A stretch of 64,000 bases of DNA from Bacillota bacterium. GTDB taxonomy: Bacteria > Bacillota > Limnochordia > DUMW01. The stretch is taken from positions 29,434-93,433 of the forward strand of contig DUMW01000009.1 of NCBI GenBank assembly GCA_012839765.1, read 5' to 3'. Position numbers and translations under genes: made by a program. Below, one piece after another: positions 10,048-18,854 of this stretch; the stretch's first letter is position 1, and each line of letters opens with the position of its first letter. Below the pieces are notes generated by a model that was not told the origin of the DNA, did no database searches, and saw only the letters and a list, made by a program, of their open reading frames with translations.

Positions 10048-10605
10048 TTGTTGTTGTTGAAGAAGGGTTTAGCGGTGGTAATGGCGGTGTTGTTCCTCGC
10101 GATGGGCAGTGTGGCTTTCGCCTACGACTTTGAGGCGAAGAACAATGTCCTTGGGCCCCACAATGCCTATCACAAGCAGATTAAAATCGAAGCGGACTCC
10201 ACATTTGCCATGGGTTTGGGACCGGAAAACCTGATCGACGGAGACTATAACACCCGTTGGGTCAGTGCGCACTTCAATACGGGACCCAAACCTGGGGAAG
10301 AGTACGTCAGCTGGATCATTGTGGAGCTGCCCCATGCTGAGCGGGTTACCGCCCTGCGGTTCCACACTGGGCTTTCAGGCTACGGCGCTGGTGACCCCAA
10401 TATGATCATCCACTCCTTTGCCTTGGAGTATTGGGACGGCAATGCCTGGCAGGAAGTGGTGGTCATCGAAGGCAATACAGAGAAGGTGGCGGAGGCCGTC
10501 TTCGAGCCGGTGGAAGCCAGCCGGTGGCGTATCCGGGTAATCAATCCCAGCCGGTATGACTGGAGTGTCCGGGCTTACGAGCTGGAGTTGTTCCGGGCTA
10601 ATTGA
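10048..10605 (+). CDS. Small secreted F5/8 type C (discoidin) domain protein
   Basis: Signal peptide (…SVAFA) then NLIDGDYNTRWVS and a terminal …YELELFR, both characteristic of discoidin/F5-8-C domains. Paralogues lie at 10687, 62547 and 63266. Start is TTG (10048-10054) after an AAGGGAG RBS. Confidence 0.7.
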   Translation: MLLLKKGLAVVMAVLFLAMGSVAFAYDFEAKNNVLGPHNAYHKQIKIEADSTFAMGLGPENLIDGDYNTRWVSAHFNTGPKPGEEYVSWIIVELPHAERVTALRFHTGLSGYGAGDPNMIIHSFALEYWDGNAWQEVVVIEGNTEKVAEAVFEPVEASRWRIRVINPSRYDWSVRAYELELFRAN

Positions 10606-10686
10606 GGTTATCACGACTAGTAGTCGCCCACGGCGGCTACTAGTCGTCCCATCTAGAACATAAGCGAGTGGAGGGGGTTACGGTCC

Positions 10687-11256
10687 ATGAAAAGGAACTT
10701 GGTACTGGCTCTAACTTTGTTGTTGCTTGTTAGCGGCTGTATTCTGAGTTCAACTGATCCTGAACCTGACCCAAGTCCTTTGGAGCCTGCGGACAACATC
10801 CTTGGTCCCCACAATCCTTACCACGGGCAGATCATCATCGAAGCCGATTCGGTACTCAATGAGAGAACGGGACCCGAAAACCTTATCGATGGCGATCTGA
10901 ATACCCGTTGGGTGACGGCCCATTTAAACACCGGACCGCAGGAAGGGGAGCCCTACTTGACCTGGGTGACCATCAAGTTGCCCCATCCGGAGAAGGTGCA
11001 CGCCTTAGTGTTCTACACCGGAGTTGCAGAGAGTGGTGCCGGCGACCCCAATATGATCGTCAGGAGCTTCGCGTTAGACTATCGTGATGGAGACACTTGG
11101 CGTGAAGCTTGCTCTGTGGAACTGAACTCAGAACGAAGATGTGAAGTGCGTTTTAAGGCAGTGGAGGCCCAGGAATGGCGTCTGCGGATCACTGATCCTG
11201 GACGATATGATTGGAGTGTCCGGGCCTTTGAGCTAGAGCTGTATCGACAGAAATAG
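10687..11256 (+). CDS. Small F5/8 type C (discoidin) domain lipoprotein
   Basis: Lipobox LLVSGC. Same domain as the 10048 gene (NLIDGDLNTRWVT … FELELYR). Confidence 0.7.
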   Translation: MKRNLVLALTLLLLVSGCILSSTDPEPDPSPLEPADNILGPHNPYHGQIIIEADSVLNERTGPENLIDGDLNTRWVTAHLNTGPQEGEPYLTWVTIKLPHPEKVHALVFYTGVAESGAGDPNMIVRSFALDYRDGDTWREACSVELNSERRCEVRFKAVEAQEWRLRITDPGRYDWSVRAFELELYRQK

Positions 11257-11378
11257 GGGATGGAGGCAACCGGTTGACGGCCCTGTGCAGGCAACCGGTT
11301 GCGCGTTGGAGAACGGTTGAGAAAGGACCTGATAGGGAAAGGATAAGGCTTGTGAGTGTTGTCTATCTTTCGACTGTC

Positions 11379-12242
11379 ATGGTGTTAATCATATTGTTAT
11401 CGGGGGTAGGATGTGCCAGCATGGTGAGCGGAACGGGAGAGGTGGCGAAAATGCCGGAGCGGATTGTGGCGGTAGGCAAGGGTACGGTTAGTCTGCTCCA
11501 GGCCTTGGAAATCCCAGTGGTGGGCAGTTGGACCGGTTCTTTACCAACGGGGTTGCCGGTAATGGTGGCGGGGTACGGCGTCGATGACTTGGATTCAGCA
11601 CAGATTGCTGCTCTAAAGCCGGATCTTGTCCTCGCTCCCTCAGCCTACAAAGGGGTCTTGGCTGAAGTATCGGCCCAGTACGGTTTCACAGTACAGTACC
11701 TGGATCTGGAAAACTTTCAGGATACCCTTAACAGCTTGGAACGCCTGGGTGTACTGTTGGGGAAGGAAGGGAAAGCCCAAGAGTTGATCGAAGGCATTGA
11801 GCGGCGGGAAGCCCGGTTACAACGGGCAATTCAGGGTTTGGCCCGGCCGAAGACATTGATCATGGTCTTTGCCGGAGGGGAGTGGTTTGTGGCCACACCG
11901 GATTCCTACATTGGCCGCTTGGCCTTGGTACTTCATATCCAGCCGGTGGTGCTAGGCAGGGAGGGACAACCCTTTGTGCCCTTGGCGTTGGCGGAACTGA
12001 GTAGTACGCCGGAGGTGGTTTTGGCCGTGGGCCTAGATGAAGGTCTCAGGCATGGGCAGTTGCGGGAAAAAATGCTCGCTGATACGCAACTGGCTTCCTG
12101 GGAGGCGGTCAAGGAAGGTCAAGTCTTCGAATTGCCCGCCAATCTGTTTATTGTCCATCCCGGTATGGAGGCCATTGATGGCTTGGAGCTGTTGGGGCAA
12201 TATCTGTATCCCCAGGCCGATTGGCGCTTCCTTTACTACTGA
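11379..12242 (+). CDS. Periplasmic-binding-protein (FecB/BtuF/TroA-like) ABC substrate-binding lipoprotein; orphan, with no permease or ATPase nearby
   Basis: Lipobox LLSGVGCAS. The sequence follows the class-III (helical-backbone) metal/siderophore/cobalamin binding-protein pattern. Start is ATG 11379; an alternative GTG lies at 11355 after a GGATAAGG RBS. Confidence 0.55.
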   Translation: MVLIILLSGVGCASMVSGTGEVAKMPERIVAVGKGTVSLLQALEIPVVGSWTGSLPTGLPVMVAGYGVDDLDSAQIAALKPDLVLAPSAYKGVLAEVSAQYGFTVQYLDLENFQDTLNSLERLGVLLGKEGKAQELIEGIERREARLQRAIQGLARPKTLIMVFAGGEWFVATPDSYIGRLALVLHIQPVVLGREGQPFVPLALAELSSTPEVVLAVGLDEGLRHGQLREKMLADTQLASWEAVKEGQVFELPANLFIVHPGMEAIDGLELLGQYLYPQADWRFLYY

Positions 12243-12333
12243 AGATCAGCCCCGACAAGAGTACTTTTCTGTGGAAACATCCTGCTTGGGCTCCCCTTTT
12301 GGTGAACCCAAGAATCCGAAGGAGTGTTTGAGC

Positions 12334-13974
12334 GTGTCTGCAAGCTTGTTTGAGGAGATCAAGATGTGTGTCCCGGGGCCCACCGATACCGTAAAGCCAG
12401 GGGAAAGGGTGGCTGTGGGGCTGAGTTTCTCCCTGGGCGAAGGGGTGGAATCAACGGGGGACGTGACCTACGAGGTAGTAACCCGGGAAGGCCAGGTCCT
12501 TGATTCCGGCAGTGGCCCCTTGACCAAAGAAGGCGACAGCGCCACTATGGAGCTGACGATCCAGGTACCGGAGGGATTCCAGGGCCGGTGGTTAGGCATC
12601 CAGCTGCGGACCTATGCCGATGCGAACGGGTTAGTGGACTTGACGGGGTATCCGCCCTTGGGAATTACGGTGTGGCAAGGGGGTTCCGTGTATCCGGCAG
12701 GGGCTCTGGGTAATATCCTGGGTGTGAATCAGCACTATACCCAGGGGATGAGCCACGAATACCTGCGGTTACTCACCGAACTTGGAGTCAAGTGGGCCCG
12801 GGACAATGTCTCTTGGGCGATTATTGAACAGACCCCGGGGAACTATGTCTTTCCTGCTGCCTTTGAGGAACGGTTGCGTTTTTACGAAAAGAACAACCTG
12901 GCTTTGTCCTTTACCTTGTTTGGACCCAATGCTGAGGCATATCCCGACGATCCCTACGATGAAGAGGCCTATGGCCGGTTCTGCGCTGCCGTGGCCCGCA
13001 AGCTGCGGGAAGAGTATGATTTGGAATTCATCCTAATCCTTTGGAACGAGCCCAACAACTTTGGTTTTCGCCGGGATTTCGGCGGCCAGTGGTACGGAGC
13101 GCCCCCTTCCCCTTGGGTGGAGAAATATGTACGCATGGCCAACGCTGGGGCGAAAGCGATCCACCAGTACGACCCCTCGATCTTGACCTTCACCAACAGC
13201 GATGTGATTAGCAACCATTATTGGTTTATGGAACAGGGTTTAGCACCGGAGATCAAGGGGTTTGCCATCCATCCATACGGTGCCAAGGCCGGATATCCCG
13301 AGGTCCAGCACTACGACAATAACGTCCCCTGGGTGCGGCCTTTTACGGTGATGGATGCGGATCAATCTACCCGTTCCCTGTTCCTGCGCCTAAAGGAGGC
13401 TTACACCGCCGCCTTGGGCCATCCGCCGGTCATGGTAATCACCGAATACGGACGATTGATCGAAGGGGTTTGGAAGGAGGAGGAAGCTCCCTTCCCCCAG
13501 GTTCGGGAAGAGGTGGTGGCCGCGGAATTGCCTCGGTTTTACATTGCTATGCACAGCATCGGTGTAGAGTCTCTGCAATGGTTCACCCTAGCGGACTGGC
13601 GCCATGAAAGGGGACACGGGCTGGTATATGCCGATGGACGCCGGCGGCAAACCTTTACCGCCTTTAAGACTTTGAGTCTGGAGTTGGGAGAATACTCCTT
13701 CCTCCGACAGGTGGCCGGGAAAGAGACCCCCACCAAGGGGCTGCAGGCCTATCTCTTTAAAGGGTCCGCGGGCTATAAGTTAGCTTTGTGGAACATCGAA
13801 GGACCGATCCCGGTGACCATCATGCGGGATCATACCGGACCGGTGCGGGTGGTCAGTCACTTGGGCGAAGAGCTCTCCGTTGCGGTGGAAGACCAGGTGA
13901 TCGGGTTGGAGGTGGGACCGGCACCGGTCTATATCAGTGGTGTGGGAGCGGGAGTGGTCCTTTCCGTTGGGTAG
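12334..13974 (+). CDS. Glycoside hydrolase, clan GH-A, paralogue of 6809..8530 lacking an N-terminal signal peptide
   Basis: Shares long near-identical stretches with the 6809 gene (GNILGVNQHYTQGMSHEYLRLLTELGVKWARDNVSWA…ILWNEPNNFGF…ITEYG). The GTG at 12334 has an AAGGAG RBS. The upstream part of the six-frame ORF overlaps the previous gene and was rejected. Confidence 0.6.
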   Translation: MSASLFEEIKMCVPGPTDTVKPGERVAVGLSFSLGEGVESTGDVTYEVVTREGQVLDSGSGPLTKEGDSATMELTIQVPEGFQGRWLGIQLRTYADANGLVDLTGYPPLGITVWQGGSVYPAGALGNILGVNQHYTQGMSHEYLRLLTELGVKWARDNVSWAIIEQTPGNYVFPAAFEERLRFYEKNNLALSFTLFGPNAEAYPDDPYDEEAYGRFCAAVARKLREEYDLEFILILWNEPNNFGFRRDFGGQWYGAPPSPWVEKYVRMANAGAKAIHQYDPSILTFTNSDVISNHYWFMEQGLAPEIKGFAIHPYGAKAGYPEVQHYDNNVPWVRPFTVMDADQSTRSLFLRLKEAYTAALGHPPVMVITEYGRLIEGVWKEEEAPFPQVREEVVAAELPRFYIAMHSIGVESLQWFTLADWRHERGHGLVYADGRRRQTFTAFKTLSLELGEYSFLRQVAGKETPTKGLQAYLFKGSAGYKLALWNIEGPIPVTIMRDHTGPVRVVSHLGEELSVAVEDQVIGLEVGPAPVYISGVGAGVVLSVG

Positions 13975-14037
13975 AAGGGCCCTCGGTCAACTTCCGGCCT
14001 AAAGGGTAGTGGATAAATGTAGCAAAGGCAAATCGGT

Positions 14038-14080
14038 ATGGCGAGTAGCTGCCATGCCGATTTGCTTTATGGGATACAGA
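14038..14080 (+). terminator. Intrinsic terminator after the GH-A paralogue
   Basis: 15 bp stem GCAAATCGGTATGGC / GCCATGCCGATTTGC with a 9 nt loop, followed by TTTAT. Confidence 0.55.
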
Positions 14081-14202
14081 AGATGGTGCTTCTTGGTAGG
14101 ACTGACATGGGGTTGGTGTCGAATTAGTTAAATAGCGAAATAAACAAGACCGGTCAGAACTTGCTAGACGATAATACTGAGAGGATGGGAGGCTGAGTTA
14201 TC

Positions 14203-16809
14203 TTGCCTAGACAGCAACCACGGATCTTTACCGGTGAAGCTTTGGCACAGATTGCTTTTCCCTTGGGAGGTATCGGGACAGGAACCGTCAGCCTGGGAGG
14301 TCGCGGACAGCTGAAGGATTGGGAGATCCATGACCATCCGGATAAAGGCCGGGTTCAGCGCTTTACCTTTTTCGCCCTGTGGGCCCGACGGCAAGATGAG
14401 ACACCGGTGGCCAAGATCCTGGAACGGAGGATTCTCCCGCCTTATAACTACGGACACGGTGTTCCCCAGGATCAGCTTTCCGGTGTGGGCCGCTTCCAGG
14501 AAGTGGAGTTTACCGGTACATATCCCATTGCGGATCTGAAGTTCATCGACGATGATATGCCGGTGGAGGTGGGCCTGACCGCCTTTAACCCCTTGATTCC
14601 CCACAATGTGCCAGACAGTTCCCTGCCGGTGGGGATCTTCCTGTGGAAAGTGAAAAACCCGCATGTGGTGCCAGTGGAGATTTCATTAGCGGTCAGTGTG
14701 TCCAACTTTATCCCGGCTCCCCAGGAGGACGGCGGCTACGATAGACGGGGTGCCACCAATGAGTATCGCCGGAGCAAAGGAGTACAGGGGCTATTCCTAA
14801 GCAATCCCAGGGGAAAGGACGATGATCCCCAGAACGGAACCATCGCCCTGGCCACCAATTGGGAAAGGGTCAGTGTTACTACCCGCTGGTTCCGATCCGG
14901 CTGGTGGGATGCCAGCCATCTGTTTTGGGATGAATTTTCCGCCCGGGGAACAGTGACAGGACCAACGGATACCGATGGCTCCCCCAGTCCCCAAGGCGAT
15001 GTGTCCAGTATGGTCCTGCATGCTACGTTAAAGCCCGGGGAGGAAGTGGTTTTGCCCGTGGTGTTGGCCTGGCATTTTCCCATCATGAAAAATCCGCCGG
15101 GTTTTGCCGTGGTGGGGGACGAGGAACATCGCATACTGAGAAAATACCTGGCCAAGCAATTTGCCGACGCTTGGGATGCAGTACTATATACTTTCGAGCA
15201 TTTCGACCGCCTAAAGGAAGAAACCTTTAGGTGGCTGGATACCATGTGGAGCAGTACGCTGCCCAGTTGTGTCCTCGATGCCATCACAAGCCAGGTGAGC
15301 ACCCTACGAACCCAAACCTGTTTCCGGCTAGAAGATGGGACCTTCTATGGGTGGGAAGGCTGCTTTGATCAGGTGGGCTCTTGCCATGGAAACTGTGTGC
15401 ATGTTTGGAACTATGAACAGGCCTTAGCCTTCTTGTTCCCCGAATTGGAACGGGACATGCGACGCACAGAATTTCTATACAATACCTGCTCCAAAGGCCA
15501 TATGGGTTTTCGTACCAAGATCCCCCGGGGAATTCAGCACATGGAACATAAACCCTGCGCCGATGGTCAGATGGGTGCTATCATCCAGGCCTATCGGGAT
15601 TGGCAACTGTCCGGTGATGATTCTTTCATCAAAGAATTGTGGCCGAAAATAAAACTGGCCTTAGAGTACGCCTGGACCATCACACCGGACAAGGCGCGGT
15701 CTTTTGATTCGATCTGGGATCCCAACAGGGACGGTGTGATGGAAGGAGACCAGCATAACACCTATGACATTGAATTCTACGGACCAAACCCCATGACCAC
15801 CGTTATGTATCTGGGAGCTTTGCGGGCCTGTGAGGAGATTGCCCGTTATCTAGGGGAGGGGGAGAAGGCCGCGGAGTACCGTAGGATCTATGAACAGGGC
15901 CGCAAACGAGTAGAGGAAGAATTGTGGAACGGCGAGTACTATCGGCAAAAGGTGGAGGTCTTCGAAGGCATAACCATCCCCGAGCGGTTGCTTTCACCGA
16001 AACCCGATGCAGAAGGTAGAATTCTTCCTAAATACCAATTTGGCGATGGATGTCTTTCTGACCAACTATTGGGACAGTTCTGTGCCCATGTGGCGGGTCT
16101 GGGATATTTACTCGATCCGGAAAGGGTAAAAGCCGCTGTGTACGCGGTCTTTCGGTATAACTTCCGGGAAGACTTCCTAGACTTTGCTAATGTGCAACGG
16201 GTTTTCGCCCTTAATAATGAAGGCGGACTGCTTCTTTGCTCTTGGCCCCATGGCGGTCGGCCGGTGATCCCCTTTGTGTATTCCGATGAGGTGTGGACTG
16301 GGATTGAGTATCAGGTGGCGGCTCACTTAATCTACGAGGGACTGGTGGCGGAAGGGATCAGGATCGTGCAGACCCTCCGGAACCGCTACGCGGGATACAA
16401 CCGCAACCCTTGGGATGAGATCGAATGCGGACATCATTACGTGCGGGCCATGGCCAGTTGGTCCTTGCTGTTGGCCCTCTCGGGCTTTACTTACAGTGTC
16501 CCCAAGGGGATCATTGGTTTTGCTCCCCGGTACGCAGAGGATGATTTCCAATGTTTTTGGTCTACCGGTACCGCATGGGGACAGTTCGGTCAGGTTCTGG
16601 GTGAGACTAACAGGGAGTTTTCCCTAGAGGTCATCCATGGTACCTTAAAACTCAACGCCCTTGTTTTGGAGGCCCTTGGTGAAGGTATTTGTCGGGTTTA
16701 CCTGGACGGCGAGGAAATCCCTGCGGTTCTGGTTGGAAAGACTTTACGATTGGAGACGGTGATCACCTTAAATCGCGGCCAAGGGTTGAATGTGGTACAG
16801 ACACAGTAA
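14203..16809 (+). CDS. GH116-family glycosidase (GBA2-type beta-glucosidase/glucosylceramidase-like)
   Basis: N-terminal FPLGGIGTGTVSLGGRGQLKDWEIHD is typical of the GH116 N-domain, followed by a large (alpha/alpha)6-type catalytic region. 868 aa. TTG start with a GGGAGG RBS. Confidence 0.7.
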   Translation: MPRQQPRIFTGEALAQIAFPLGGIGTGTVSLGGRGQLKDWEIHDHPDKGRVQRFTFFALWARRQDETPVAKILERRILPPYNYGHGVPQDQLSGVGRFQEVEFTGTYPIADLKFIDDDMPVEVGLTAFNPLIPHNVPDSSLPVGIFLWKVKNPHVVPVEISLAVSVSNFIPAPQEDGGYDRRGATNEYRRSKGVQGLFLSNPRGKDDDPQNGTIALATNWERVSVTTRWFRSGWWDASHLFWDEFSARGTVTGPTDTDGSPSPQGDVSSMVLHATLKPGEEVVLPVVLAWHFPIMKNPPGFAVVGDEEHRILRKYLAKQFADAWDAVLYTFEHFDRLKEETFRWLDTMWSSTLPSCVLDAITSQVSTLRTQTCFRLEDGTFYGWEGCFDQVGSCHGNCVHVWNYEQALAFLFPELERDMRRTEFLYNTCSKGHMGFRTKIPRGIQHMEHKPCADGQMGAIIQAYRDWQLSGDDSFIKELWPKIKLALEYAWTITPDKARSFDSIWDPNRDGVMEGDQHNTYDIEFYGPNPMTTVMYLGALRACEEIARYLGEGEKAAEYRRIYEQGRKRVEEELWNGEYYRQKVEVFEGITIPERLLSPKPDAEGRILPKYQFGDGCLSDQLLGQFCAHVAGLGYLLDPERVKAAVYAVFRYNFREDFLDFANVQRVFALNNEGGLLLCSWPHGGRPVIPFVYSDEVWTGIEYQVAAHLIYEGLVAEGIRIVQTLRNRYAGYNRNPWDEIECGHHYVRAMASWSLLLALSGFTYSVPKGIIGFAPRYAEDDFQCFWSTGTAWGQFGQVLGETNREFSLEVIHGTLKLNALVLEALGEGICRVYLDGEEIPAVLVGKTLRLETVITLNRGQGLNVVQTQ

Positions 16810-16857
16810 CCGGGCTTTCATTGGTGGAACAAGGATTCCTCCTTGGGAGACCAAAGG

Positions 16858-16897
16858 CGGCTTAGGATATCGGGCCCAGGAGTGGGTCCGATATCTT
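16858..16897 (+). terminator. Strong hairpin (13 bp stem) downstream of the GH116 gene; possible terminator
   Basis: CTTAGGATATCGG…CCGATATCTTAAG inverted repeat followed by a weak U tract (TCTTTG). Confidence 0.35.
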
Positions 16898-17091
16898 AAG
16901 TCTTTGCAGACCCAATTGTATCGGGAAAGCCCTATGCTCTCGTTCAACGGATAGAAGACTTCCCTTCTTTGCTACAAAGGGATTACTTGTTTAAATACAT
17001 AGGGATTTGTAAAGGTATCCTCCTGTTTGGCATGGAATTATTATACATATACAATCAGCAAGTAACTCACAGGAGAAACTGAGAGGTTCAA

Positions 17092-18656
17092 ATGGATTCA
17101 GTCTTTGTCTTTGTAATGTTGGCCTTGGGTTCCTTGTTGCTGGGGCTACTCTTGGTGTTGCTAAAGCTTCTGGGGAACAATCCCCAAGAGGTCCCCTTTT
17201 GAATCGGAGCGAAGCTTCTGCAGGCTGCCGGATCCTTCACGCTCTACCTGCAAGGGGTTGGTTTTCGAGGCTTTGCGGCCTTGGCCCCCGTTGTTCTGCT
17301 TCTTGGCTGTGTTTATGAGGCTTGGACCACCTATATCCCCACGGGCCGTCAGGTAAGGCGCTGGATCCATTTGGCCACCGCTGCTGGGGTCTGCGGTGAC
17401 CTTGTTCTTGTCTTTGCCCTACCGGGACGGACTGGTATTGCTCCTGTAGAGTCTCCTCTGCTTCTTGCCCGGGGTATTCTTGTTGCGGGAAGCCCGGGCT
17501 CGGTCCTCCTTGGAATTACTCCTAGGTGGTTGTTACATTTTTTGCGGTTTGGTGTTCTTAACGGGGGCTATGGTGTGTTTTGCTTTCCCCACCTATGCCC
17601 TAGATCCGGACCCAGGCGGTTCAAGGTTGATACCCCTTAGCAGCTACTGCGTCTTTCTTCTGAACGGTTACATTATGCTCATGCTTGCCAAGGAAAGAAG
17701 TGATCGACAGATTGCCATGACCCGAAAACGGTTGGAGAAGAATGAAGAACGTTTCCGCCGGGTGGTGGCGACCGCCATCGAAGGGATTCTCATTTTTGAC
17801 GAAGAATTCCGTATTACCTTTGCCAATGGGCGGATGGCCTCTCTGTTGGGGTACACCACTACAAAGATGTTGGGTTGGCCCTATGGTTCTTTTTTTCCGG
17901 AGAACCAGATGCACGTGAATAGACAGCAGGAACACCTCCGAAAAGCGGGAGAGGATTCATTTACGAGTGCTGTCTGTGGCGAAAGGATGGAGAAAAACAT
18001 TGGTTTTTGGTTTCGGCCACGGCCATCGGTGATGATGCGGGTCGGTTCGAAGGCTCCTTTGCCCTGTTGACGGATATCAACGAAAGAAGGGAGATGGAAC
18101 TGGCCCTTGCTGAGCCCAACCGCCCCTTGACCGAGCTGAGTAACACCGACAGTTTGACCGGCATCACCAATCGACGTTGCTTTGACCAGACCCTCGAACG
18201 GGGGTACTTGCGGTTGAGGCGTTCCTAGTCCCATTTATCCGTTGTTCTGTTTGACATCGACTATTTCAAGGACTATAACGACCATTATGGCCATGTAATG
18301 GGGGATGAGAATGTCTGCGTAAGATCGGTGGCGTCTTGTCAGAATGTCTGCGCGGTTTTTGTGGATCTAGCGGCCCGGTATGGAGGAGAGGAGTTTGCCT
18401 GTATCTTGTCCGATATGGATCTCGCTGCGGCGGTGGAGACGGCGCAGAGGATCAAAGGTCGGATCCAGGATCTCAAGCTCCCCAACGAGAAATCTCCTGT
18501 CACCCCTATGTTACCGCTAGCTTCGGTGTCACCACGGTGACCTACTCTCCAGAACTGTCTCCCGCCAAGATTGTCCACCTGGCGGACCAGCTGCTCTACA
18601 AAGCTAAGGTCTTGGGACGCAACTGCATTGAATCTGCCCAGTGGAACCGAGTCTAG
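17092..18656 (+). pseudogene. Disrupted membrane-anchored PAS-GGDEF diguanylate cyclase with at least 3-4 frameshifts
   Basis: Membrane segments lie in ORF fragments 17092-17202 and 17281-17640. A PAS domain lies in 17465-18070. The …TDSLTGITNRR… and LSVVLFDIDYFKDYND… pieces lie in other frames. The RYGGEEF active site is in the 18298-18540 frame and the C-terminus in the 18336-18656 frame. Confidence 0.6.
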
Positions 18657-18854
18657 TCGACTACTTGGAAAGGGGAGAGTGTGCATTACCCGCCGGTTTT
18701 AGGGTGGCAACGTGGGCCCAGACCTGTTGGGGAAATTGACAGCATCTTACCATATGGTATACTGAAGCATACGTCATAGCCTACGGGAAAGTACGTAGCG
18801 TTCGGGTTCCATACCCCGGGTATGGTGATTCGGGCGCTTTTTTCTGGAGGAAGT

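Noticed and set aside
10607-10650. Hairpin GACTAGTAG…CTACTAGTC after the first discoidin gene (CRISPR or repeat-element check)
   Set aside because: It is a single inverted repeat with no array of direct repeats. It is most likely a transcription attenuator or weak terminator with no U tract, not a CRISPR or MITE.
12037-12333. Upstream extension of the GH-A paralogue ORF (six-frame start 12037)
   Set aside because: It overlaps the preceding binding-protein gene by ~200 nt and has no homology to the paralogue's N-terminus. The GTG at 12334, with an AAGGAG RBS, is a better start.
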